A DNA stretch of 64,000 nucleotides, taken from assembly GCF_001194135.2 (NCBI RefSeq), contig NC_068981.1, forward strand, positions 177,336,166 to 177,400,165, given 5' to 3'. A program made the translations under genes and the position numbers. This document shows positions 13,559-24,184 of this stretch, piece by piece. Source of the stretch: Octopus bimaculoides. Lineage: Eukaryota. Position 1 is the stretch's first letter; every line of letters starts with the position of its first letter. A model generated the notes under the pieces. It was not told the origin of the DNA. It saw nothing but the letters and a program-made list of their open reading frames with translations, and made no database searches.

Positions 13559-15015
13559 AAGAGTTATTCAAGGGAGGCAACTCCAAATATACTCTACACG
13601 TGATTTTTCAATTCTTTAATAACGAAGCATTAGAATTCCTTTCTGTTTAGGAAAAATTAGGCAAGTTAATAAGAAAAGCGTGAATTTTTTTACTGTTCGA
13701 ATTCTGATTAAATAACTTTTTTTTTTTTTTTTTAATAGAAAATTTCAGTGAGGTCGAGGGAGAGGGAATTAGATAATGAAGACACGGTACAATCGAAATA
13801 AAATCTACATAGAGTTAATAGTTTAGGGTTTTCTCTGCCTTTTACCCCTCCCGATAGTGAAACCTACAAAAAGTAATCTGCGGCACCCTTAGGAAATTGA
13901 GATTTCCTAGTAGATCATTTTCCTTCGGATGATTCTGAAACTTATTTTCACTTAATCATTACATTTGTAGATAAATGTTGCAAAACTGAAAATATAATAT
14001 CAATAACAATTCATTTATACATACAATATTCGAGGTAAGTTCATGAGTATGTACCAAAACTATAATTTTAATGTTTCATATAGTCATTTAGAATGAATAT
14101 TATGAATTTTACTCGGTCCCTCAAGTGAAGAATTTTAAAAAATTCTAACTGTAATAACATCAGAATACGTCTATTCAAACAACGTGCAAACTCATTTAAA
14201 ACGTCTAAATTGTACGTTTTTATTATTGTTTTGCTTTGCTTTAATACCTCATTTTCAATTATTTCCTTCTGTATTTTGCAGATAATATTCTAATACTAAA
14301 TTCAAAAACATTCGTTGCCCGTTATATTTTAACATGAAAACCTCCCTGCTAAATTTTTAACCTTGACCTATTTCCGAGCGATCCGAAATAGTACGAAACA
14401 GTTGGGATTCATTCAAAAGCATTCGCGATAAAATTTCTCACTTTTCTCTTCTTTCGAATATAGAACCTCGCAATAAGTGAAGATGAACCATTATTTTGTT
14501 TTCATTGCGCTCACAAAATCTGTCAATGCCTTGATTTAGGGGAAAAAATGTTATGGGAAATAATTCCTGCTAAAAGTTACCTCCCTTGAAATTATGGGAC
14601 GTAACTTTTTTTTTCTTTTTGTATGTCTTATTTTAGTGTTATTAATTCTCCGAAAATTATCTTCGAATTCGTTTGTACTAAATCAATTGACTCAAGGTTT
14701 GCTTATTTCAGTTATTCTTTCATCTGCTCTAAAATGTGCCTTTTAGACAAATCCTTATAGTAATGAAGTCAGCAGAAGGCATGTATGTTAACCCATAAGG
14801 TGATTTTTAAAGTTCTATAAGCCCAAAACGAGACGGACACAACGGGAAAATCTTTGAATGTAGATTTTGCACGGCCAAGGCTCATCTAGAAATAAACTAC
14901 GGCAACAGCATTATACTGACTATAGTGAAATTTTATTTATATTGCGTTAAACTTCAATCAAATAAAACTGTACACACACAAAAGGTATATTTACGAAAAT
15001 AAGTATTTTAGAGAA

Positions 15016-15268
15016 CAATTGCAGCGTGGAAGGTATTTATAAGCCATTTAAGAAACACACAAAAACCGTTAGTTTCACTTCAACATTTAAATTTTATTTG
15101 CCAATATATTTTCGTCGCTTTGAGACCGCGACCTGTTCACTGACAAAACTCTGTGGCACGGTCTTTGTGTGTTATTTTAAATGGCTTATAAACACCTTCC
15201 ACGCTGCAATTGTTTTCGTTCCAGCACACGATCTCAGATCAGGTCACTGGCTACGCAAGTACATCTCC
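15016..15268. mobile_element. Insertion with internal ~56-bp inverted repeat and 14-bp TSD (possibly Penelope-like terminal-repeat derivative)
   Basis: Arms at 15014-15069 and 15158-15214 are reverse complements with few mismatches. AGTATTTTAGAGAA occurs at 15002-15015 and 15269-15282. Confidence 0.6.
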
Positions 15269-16236
15269 AGTATTTTAGAGAAATCCACACAATCTAAATT
15301 GGTAAGAATCTAATCTTACACATAACAAATAAAGTATAGAAAATAACTTCAACAAATTTGATAAGTGTCAGCTAATCAATTTATTTATATGAACTAGTGT
15401 GAAGTGAATGTATTTTCTTTCTAATTTTAAATATATACCTTGACTAATTATTGAAGTAGCTGAATTATTTTTGAGAAAAATGAAACATTCTCTAATTCTT
15501 TTACATACGTTCATTTAAGTAAGAATATGTAATCAATTTAAAGTATTTATTATTTTGAAAACTCACGTATAGAGTATTTATTATATTTAAGAAATTATCT
15601 TACTCTTAAATTCTGTTTGAATTCTAACCACTAAAAAGTTATAGAGTAAAGCTTATACATTAAATGTAAGAATCGCTTAAAACTTATGCCCTTTTTGCAA
15701 TAATAAACCTATCCGAAGTACAAGATTTCAAAAATTACAGATAAAAAGAAAATGATTATAAAGAGCACAAAATCTGAAATTTGTGGAGAAGGATCAGTCA
15801 AATAGAAAACAAGTACCAGTATTTGATTAGTATTTTTTTATTGGAAGTGTGGCATAAAGTCAACACTGAAAGAATAAGAGGAAACTTGATCTCGGCATGA
15901 ACTGAACTCCGAACGTGAAGCCATACTTAAATACTGCAAAGAGTTTTGTTCGACGCGCTGATGTTTCTGGCAATCCACCACTAATAATGATTTTTCTTTC
16001 TAAATATCATTTACAGTTTTTATATAATGGTTAAATCAAGGGAAATAAATCTTATTTTTGGCATAATTTGTTCATAGAATTATCTCCCTTCCATACCCAT
16101 TCTTAGGATATTTAGTTTTTCATTAATGAATGCCTTTTTAAAGAGTTTAAATAACTTTAAACTATTTGTTTCCTGTATTTCTAAGTAGAAAACTTCCATT
16201 CACATTTCTTCGTTACACTTAAGATTCACGGGAATG

Positions 16237-16344
16237 TTAAATCTGTGACAAGCGTCCATCAATCATTGTAGTCCACGTCTTTGAATAAGAATTCTGTCGT
16301 TCGGCATTCATCACCAAGCGAATATCTTCCTTCACTGCAAATTT
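16237..16344 (-). CDS. Candidate terminal coding exon of the putative minus-strand gene
   Basis: Open frame KFAVKEDIRLVMNAERQNSYSKTWTTMIDGRLSQI* after AG acceptors at 16345/16335. It retains several CpGs and lies at the edge of the CpG-depleted domain. The polypyrimidine tract is weak and no homology was recognised. Confidence 0.3.
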   Translation of the reverse strand, partial: KFAVKEDIRLVMNAERQNSYSKTWTTMIDGRLSQI

Positions 16345-17033
16345 CTATTTGCAAATCAAATTCTTTCATGTTTTTCTTTAAGCTTTAATGGTTCTTGTAT
16401 ATTCTCTTTCAGTTTTCAATACTTGATACAACATATGTCACTAAAACATCAGTTGCTGGATTTAACTGATATACCTACTATACACCAGTAATCTCTTCTT
16501 ACCATAAACATGCTTTTGGTAATTAATTTTTCCATTTATTTATAATGCATTCTAGTGCTTTGCATACTAACTCCTTGGAACATTTTTACAGAATATTAAT
16601 TTTCCTCCTTTATGAAATATCTACATTACAGCAATTACCTGCCAGAGAGAAGCATATGATAACTATACTATGGAATATAACTCAAACAAGTTTCTGAAAT
16701 AAAGAAATTTACACAACTAGTATCATTTCAAGCAACATGATTAAAGACTTATGAAATTCCTGTATCAGAATGCTGAATGCTGTACACTTCAGTTATGATT
16801 GATTGTATTGGGAAATCAGTTGCATGCCCATATGAAAAACCAACATTATAGTGATCCAACAAAGGAACATCTACAGGTTACTAAACTTGCTACAGATCCT
16901 AAATATTCCAAAAATGATGTCATGGTCACTGTTTGAAGGCTGCTGATGGTAGGTTTGCTCAATATGAATTAACTTGGGGCATATGAAAATAATACATAAA
17001 CAATAAAACTACAATTACCATACTAACACTTAC

Positions 17034-17087
17034 ATATTCTGTGTTTCTCAAGTTCATATAATAATACATTTGAAAGGTTCCTTGAAA
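17034..17087 (-). CDS. Candidate 54-nt internal exon
   Basis: Acceptor tattattattgcag and donor AT|gtaagt. Open in phase 1 (SRNLSNVLLYELEKHRI) and phase 0 (FQGTFQMYYYMNLRNTEY). Both are compatible with one of the two acceptors of the 16.3-kb exon. Confidence 0.3.
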
Positions 17088-20000
17088 CTGCAATAATAAT
17101 AGATGACAATACCATTGTTTAGAATTCACTTCTGACAACTCATAAACTTATTCCATTTTGTGAACTTTGATTCCTGGTAACACAGACCACAACTAGTTTC
17201 TTCATTCTAGTGATTTATTTTGCAATGATAAATATACCTTGATATAGATTTCAATATTTCAAAAAACTATTTCATCAAACATTTTAAATATTTTCATGAA
17301 TACTATCTATTTACTCATAAACAAATAATATAGCAATACTCCTCCTGCAACATAGCTCTGTAACATTTGTGATTAAACCACTTAAGAATTTTGTAACTGC
17401 AATGAAAACAAAAATGTTTCTATGTAATAAAAATTATACAAACATACTTTAGGAATGCTGAACTATCATGAAAACAAAATGAAGAAAAATTAAGTCGTAT
17501 TTAAGAAACAGAGATTTGACGAAGATATTGATATTTGTATACAAATTCCCTTCCAGAGTATGTTAGAAGTAAAATATAGACATGCTTCTTCAATAAGCCT
17601 TCATTCAACATAGCCAAACAAATGTAATGTAGTTTCTTAAACTACATTATTAGTTTAACTGCTGTTTATATAGCTGCTGCTCAGAAAGATAATTTTATTT
17701 ATAGTTATAGTTAAATAGTTGGTCCCCAATCAAAGTACACTTGCTGTTAATCATTGATCATCATTCCAATTAACATCTTCAAATATCGTTTTAACATATA
17801 TTTGTTTCCTATGTTGGCAGGAATAAAATAAGTTTACTTGAACTTATTTGGCACCAAGCCCATCTATACACTCCAAACAGCATAATGTAACCTAATTCTG
17901 AGTCATAAACATTTCATGATAATATTTAATGTTACAAAAGTTGACTATATTTCACTTGATGTTGTTATGAAACATTACAGAAAAACTAGAACAGGTGGCC
18001 TTCACATCGAACAAACCAAACAAGATACAGCAGTGTTCTTTCTGTATTATTCATCTAAAAATACTGAATTCAGTTGGATGGTTTTGAATTCCAACAAATG
18101 CTATGGCCTCCAAAAAGACACAGTGAAACACCTCAAGCCAGAAATATAATCATTTATTAAATGGAATATGTTTTCTAAAGCATTTCAGGTGAAATACATT
18201 GTTTTCAACTAAACTGGAATTGCGTATCTCACAGTTAAACTGAGACTGCTATTGACCTGACCTGATGTAGCCATATTCTTACAAAAACAAATACTAGCAC
18301 TTAGAGCATTAAATAGGTGCAGGTATAGCTATGTAGCTAAGAAGTTTTCTTCGCAATCACATGATTCCAAGTTTCATCCCACTGAGCAACAACAGTTTTT
18401 TATATTTTTCTATAGCCTTGGATTGACCAAATCTTTGTGAATGGAATTTGGTAAACTGTATGGAAGCCTCTGTGTGTGTGTGTGTGTGTGTGTGTAAAGG
18501 AGGTGTATGTGTGTATGCATGTGTGCATCCTTTCATGCCAAAAAGTAACTCAGCTTTTGATAGATAGACATAAATAAAATAAATATCAGACTGGAATAAA
18601 TACTGGAATTAATATGACTGACTAAAAAAGATCTCAAAGGTGATGTCATATCATGGCCGAGTCCAATGACTGAAACCAGTAATGAATTATGCTAAAAAAT
18701 TTGTAATTGCGTTTTAACAACTAATTCTCTTTAAGAAAATAACATGCTCATAATAAGATTATTCCTCCACTTTATAACTTATTCTGCAACAATATTTCAT
18801 TAAATAATCATAACTTTACTTGACACATAAACAGTTACTTCTCACCTTATTTGCTTAAATTAAACCTTTTTTAACATATGTACAAACAATGTTTGGATCT
18901 TTTGTTTGTTACAATGGATGGTTTGGTCTACTTGTTATGATAGACTCTAATCACATGGTAACTTAGACAACACTAATTCTAGATATAAAAATAAAATATT
19001 TACACATAAACAACTTTACTTGTGAAGTGTACCAGTAATCCCATGTCAAACAAAATTACAGTCAATAAACACCAACCTGTGTTCTCTATTCAGTATCCTT
19101 ACCAAAATTAAATATAGATCTAATCTTGCCAAATGGTTAAGTGAATATAAAACATAAGCATATCTGAAACTATTTTGGTACTGTTAGGTGATGAAATAAT
19201 TGGAAAATTGATATGAAATTAATAAATTTTATTTTATAACGAATTATTGTAAGTGAGTAACAGTTTTTCAGGTTTAAATAGAGCTTCCCTGATGACCACA
19301 ATTCAATGTAATCAAAAATCATCTTTTAATTCTATTAAAATGATAAATGTAAAATTTTAAAATATATTTTTAAACTTATATATTTGTTCTATATGATTAG
19401 TATATTAGGCTACAAGGATGACATTCAGCAAAGCAGTATTTAAATTGGCTAAGTAGAATGCCTGATTAAAAGGTATATCAATTTAATTGCTAATTTAATG
19501 TATTGCAATTCAAATTAAAAGCTAAAATGTTGAAGATAGATGATTCTTTTGGATTTATTTACTTGAGTTTAAAACTTCCAGATAATACTTTTAATGTACA
19601 TTTATTATAATGTCACAATTTTAGGACAATATATTATATTTAAATTATAAAAATTACCGCCACCCTATCAGAAATAAATGTAGCTTTGTTTGAATTAAAT
19701 TTTCTCACCTAATAATTATTTATGACAAATAAAAAAATTTATACATAAACAATTTAATGAGAACCAAAGTATTTTCTTATTTACATTCCTTAGTTTTATT
19801 TAAATAACAACTAAGGCCCAGAAAGCTGTGGTCCCAGTTCACATGTTGCTATATGATTCATTTGTCAATATTTTTAACAAGCTCCCACTGGGGAACTTGT
19901 CAATTCCATCTCTTTTTATCACCCACAGTTTATGATATAGCTGTAACGATGCATGCCTGATAACAACCTGCACTGCATCAACTGAACAAATAAATAATAT

Positions 20001-20431
20001 CGAAGATTTTGTAAAGAAAGCAGCAGTACACCTCTTTAATAGTTTTCTGATACTAACAAAATGCTAATATATTGATCTGTACTGTCGACACAACAGATTT
20101 CCGATTACAAAGCAAGCATCTGCTCATTGTCTGCCAGTGGTCAGATGTTATGATAAATTGAATATCTATGAGAATAACAATACATTTTGGTAATTTTGCA
20201 CCACTCACTTCTGATGATACACTACAAGTACTACTGCATTAGATGTTTGAAGTCTCAATAGAAAGCTCTGCTGCCTTTGATATTGTATGTACTCACAAAG
20301 CAGACTGTTAAGGCTATAGATGCCATGCATTTACTTATGCTACAAAGCTCTAGTGCTACTGGTACTCATTGTGCAGTAACAAAATATAAAATTTTATTGC
20401 TGCTGATACTACACGTGTGTGTGCGTGTGTG

Positions 20432-20479
<48 letters not shown>

Positions 20480-21352
20480 CTCACAATACAAAGCTGTGAT
20501 GCCACATTGTTATTTATGTCAGATGATCAGTGTAAATAGAAGTAGCTGTCATCTTTATTACTGTCTAACTGCTGTTGCTGATCTTGAGTAGTTTTTCATT
20601 TTCTATCAATATCTTTTGATAATTACTGTCTGCTGTTGATATTCTGTAATGAATGATTCCATCTAATATGAACTTTCATAACCTATTGAAATCCTCCTGT
20701 CAAGAATTATAAGTCAAATCAGTATGAGCTATTCATCATACTTAGTTTACTTTTATTAATAACTCATATTACCATTAACTATGTTACCCCCATTTTCTAA
20801 CCCTAACCTTGTCACTATAGACTTTGATTAGAAATGGTGCTACAAATGTTAGGTTAATTTTAGCCATACTTTTCTTTATATATATACATATTCCATTATA
20901 ATTAATATAGTTTTTGTCAAAACATTTTGGCTTATTACAATATTGTAGGAAATATAAATGTCTGGAGATAATTAAGCTTCAGAAGACAAAACTTCATTTA
21001 AGACATGTTTCCCAGGGATAATTCAGTAGGTAGCATATCATCCAATCATCATAATATTTCATGAGCAATGAGAATCTCAGAAAGGTTCAATATAAACAAC
21101 ACCAGATTTTGGGGGATTTTATATGTGCTTTGGTGGTGAAATTGTCTGCTTTTTTTGTATCTATTCTGAAGAAATAAAGAAAACAATAGTTTAAGAGTTC
21201 CAGCTAACCAACAAACTCTAAAAATCAGATTCTGTGACTCTATTTTATTGGAATTGCTACTTTTCAGAGATAATTAACTAATTACTACTAGTAGTAGGAA
21301 TTTTTTCTAATCCCAAGAAACAAAGAGCAATGTATGCTATACAAATGTAACT

Positions 21353-21391
<39 letters not shown>

Positions 21392-21393
<2 letters not shown>

Positions 21394-21684
21394 TTGTTTC
21401 AGTCCTTAGACAGTGGCTGTGCTAGGGCACAGACTTTAGTGAGAACTTGCATTTTAAAGTCTGGTACTTATTCTATCAGTCTCTTTTTGCCAAACCACTA
21501 AGTTACAGGGACATAAACAAACCAATACCAGTAGTCAAGCAGTGGAAGAGAACAGACACAAATACACACTGATGTATACATATATACAGACAATGGGCGT
21601 CTTTCAATTTTTGCCCACCAATCCACTTACAAAGCTTTGATCAGCCCAGCTTTGATACAGTAGAACACACTTTCCCAAGGTACT

Positions 21685-21690
<6 letters not shown>
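21392..21690 (-). mobile_element. SINE family B, CpG-decayed copy
   Basis: TTTTGCCAAACCACTAAGTTACAGGGACATAAAC versus TTTTGCCGAACCGCTAAGTTA..GGACGTAAAC at about 4800: same element with CG changed to CA/TG. Confidence 0.8.
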
Positions 21691-21739
<49 letters not shown>

Positions 21740-22182
21740 CCAAGAAGTAAGAAATGGAATAGGTAAAACACAGGCTACAAATGTTTTATAGAAATAAATG
21801 TTTGTTGTATAAATTGTAACCTACATAGAACCAGCTTAACTTATAGGTAATAGGACCTGAAATTTAGCTAAGTTGGTTCTGTGTAACAAGCATCGATTTG
21901 CTATGAAATGTTTGCAGTCCATATTTTTACCTGTTTCAATTCTTGCTTTCTTGGGTCTTTATCTACATTTTTAGGAAATTTAGGTGCTAAAGCATAAGTT
22001 CAGCTTATTGAAATTTCTTTTGATTTCAATATAGGACAAAGTATGTAACTTACAATGTTAGTATAATTGTTTTATCATATTTTGCCCCACCTTTGTCATC
22101 TATACTAGCCGCATAAATGCTTGAAGCATACTAACTTCCTACACTTGGATCCCTGGATTGTACATCCCTATTACTATATATT

Positions 22183-23102
22183 ATCATCATCATCATCATC
22201 ATCATCATCATCGTTTAACGTCCGTTTTCCATACTGGCAAGGGTTGGATGGTTCAACTGAGGTATGGGAAGCCAGAAGGCACCATTAAAAGCAAGTGCAC
22301 CATCATCCATGTGGACACATTTCTCTCCTATGACATCGCAATTTTCTCTCACACACCGTCTTGCACTACAAAATACTTCAGTTCTTTGGTCCTCACAATG
22401 CTGGACATTCGCAAACTTCTTTTCTGCTTCACCCTTGGCTATGTCTACCTGTCACCCAGCCTCCCTTCTGGCTATCTGGTACAGTTCCCTGGTACTCCCA
22501 CCCTTCCAGGCTTACCAAGCCTTTTTCTTTGCTCTAATGGCTTTGTCTACCGTATTATTCCACCACCACACTACTCTAGGTCTGGAAGCGACTTTGCACC
22601 ATCCAGAGACTTGGTCTGTGGCACTCAGTAAGCTGTCCCATAGGAATTTCCAGCAACCTTCTATGTCCGATGTCTGTAGTTCCTCCTCCCTCTCATCAAA
22701 TTTCTTGATGAGGATGTCCCTAAATCTCTGACCACGTGAAGGGTTCTTTAGCTTCCAAATCCTTCTTTTCTGGATTCATCTGCTTCTTGAAATCCTTCTG
22801 GCCTCGAGTCTAAAGTCACTAATGACTCGTCTATGCTGGGGGTGGGGACATTCTTCACCTGGAAGGGTCTTTGTATTTAAGAGCAACTCTGTGTCCTGCT
22901 GTCTGGTGAGGATGAAATCAATCTGGCTAGCAGAGTCACCTGATTGATAGGTTATCAGGTGGCTGTCTGGCTTCCTGAAGTTAGTGTTGCAGATTAATAG
23001 GTTGCATGCATCACAGAACTCCAGTAGCCTAGTTCCCTCATCGTTTCGGGAACCAATACCATGGCCCCTGTGTACACCAGTGAAGATACCTGACTACCAT
23101 TC
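22183..23102 (-). mobile_element. RTE-clade LINE relic: APE endonuclease/linker region joined to a 3' end with (GAT)n tail
   Basis: Minus frame reads GHGIGSRNDEGTRLLEFCDACNLLICNTNFRKPDSHLITYQSGDSASQIDFIL...EECPHPQHRRVISDF...WWWNNTVDKAIRAKKKAW. The (CAT)n tract at 22183-22212 is preceded on the minus strand by AAAACGGACGTTAAAC. Confidence 0.9.
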
Positions 23103-23268
23103 CAAAGCCAGTGATACTTAAAAAGCCAAATTGTTTGGCAAAGCAATCTTTGTTTTTAAAGTGATTTAATTCATAAAGGTCTTCTTTTTAAATTGGTTTA
23201 CATATGAAATTTTACTTTACATGATAGTAAATCAATAGAGTTAGAAAAGTAGAGCTGAAGTAAAGCTA

Positions 23269-24184
23269 CGAGGTCGTATCAAAAAATTCCCAGACTAGTT
23301 CTGTAGAGCACCAACAGATGGNNNNNNNNNNCAAAAAATTCCCAGACTAGTTCTGTAGAGCACCAACAGATGGCAGCACACAGTTGCATGAGCAGTGAGA
23401 GCTAGCAATCACCTTCATGAGGCAGTGTACCAAGTGACATCACTGTGTTTACTTCGCAAGTTGTGAAATTTGTGTTTTGGGGATAACATATATGCTATTT
23501 TGTAGTCTGCAATTTTGCCGTGGACATCAACAAAGAGCCAATGTGAAATTTTGCATTAAACTTGGCAAGTCTGCTACAGAGACATTGAGCATGCTTTGGC
23601 AAGCTTACAGCAGCAAAGCAAAGGGTCATACACAATGTTTCGAGTGGCAGAGGGGCTTCAAAAGTGGAAGAATGTCCCTGGAAGCCAATGAGCAGTCTGG
23701 AAGATCTGCCATAAGCATCACACCTACTGCGACATTTTGAAGCATTTGAGGGAGGACATTCAGTGAAAGTGACCGGATCTGTGGCGGGCAAAGAATTGGA
23801 TTCTTCACAACGACAATACACCCTATCAATGAGCTCTCCTTACTCATGATTTTCTTTCCAAAAACAACATGGTATTGCTTCCACACATGGCCTATTCACC
23901 AGATTTAGCACCTGCGGACTTTCATCTCTTCCCCAGGATGAAAATGCAGCTCAGAGGTCGCCATTCTAACTATGTTGTCAAGATCCAGAGTGAATCACAG
24001 AAGGTCCTCAAATTGCTTATGGAAAACGAGTTCCAGGACGGATTCCAAAAGTGGCAGGAACGTTGAGATCAGTGTAATGCTGCACAAGGTGACTATTTCG
24101 AAGGAGATGATGTTAAAACTTAAGTAAATAAGTTATTCTTTATTAAACATAACTAATCTGGGAACCTTTTGATACCACCTCACA
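23269..24184 (+). mobile_element. Internally deleted mariner (Tc1/mariner) DNA transposon
   Basis: TIRs TA|CGAGGTCGTATCAAAAAATTCCCAGACTAGT and ACTAATCTGGGAACCTTTTGATACCACCTC. Transposase pieces QQRANVKFCIKLGKSATET...FEW..FKSGR.SLE and WILHNDN...YSPDLAPADFHLFPRMK...GDYFEGD, with stops. Confidence 0.92.

Noticed and set aside
8990-14040. Isolated plus-strand exon-like segments (about 8990-9047 and 13971-14035)
   Set aside because: One good splice site each at best, no recognisable product, and no consistent phase chain.
22158-22731. 157- and 155-aa plus-strand ORFs with poly-His
   Set aside because: Antisense to the RTE relic; the poly-His is the (CAT)n tail.
23280-23373. 42-bp direct duplication at the mariner 5' end
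   Set aside because: Identical copies sit on either side of a 10-N gap, typical of an unmerged contig overlap rather than biology.
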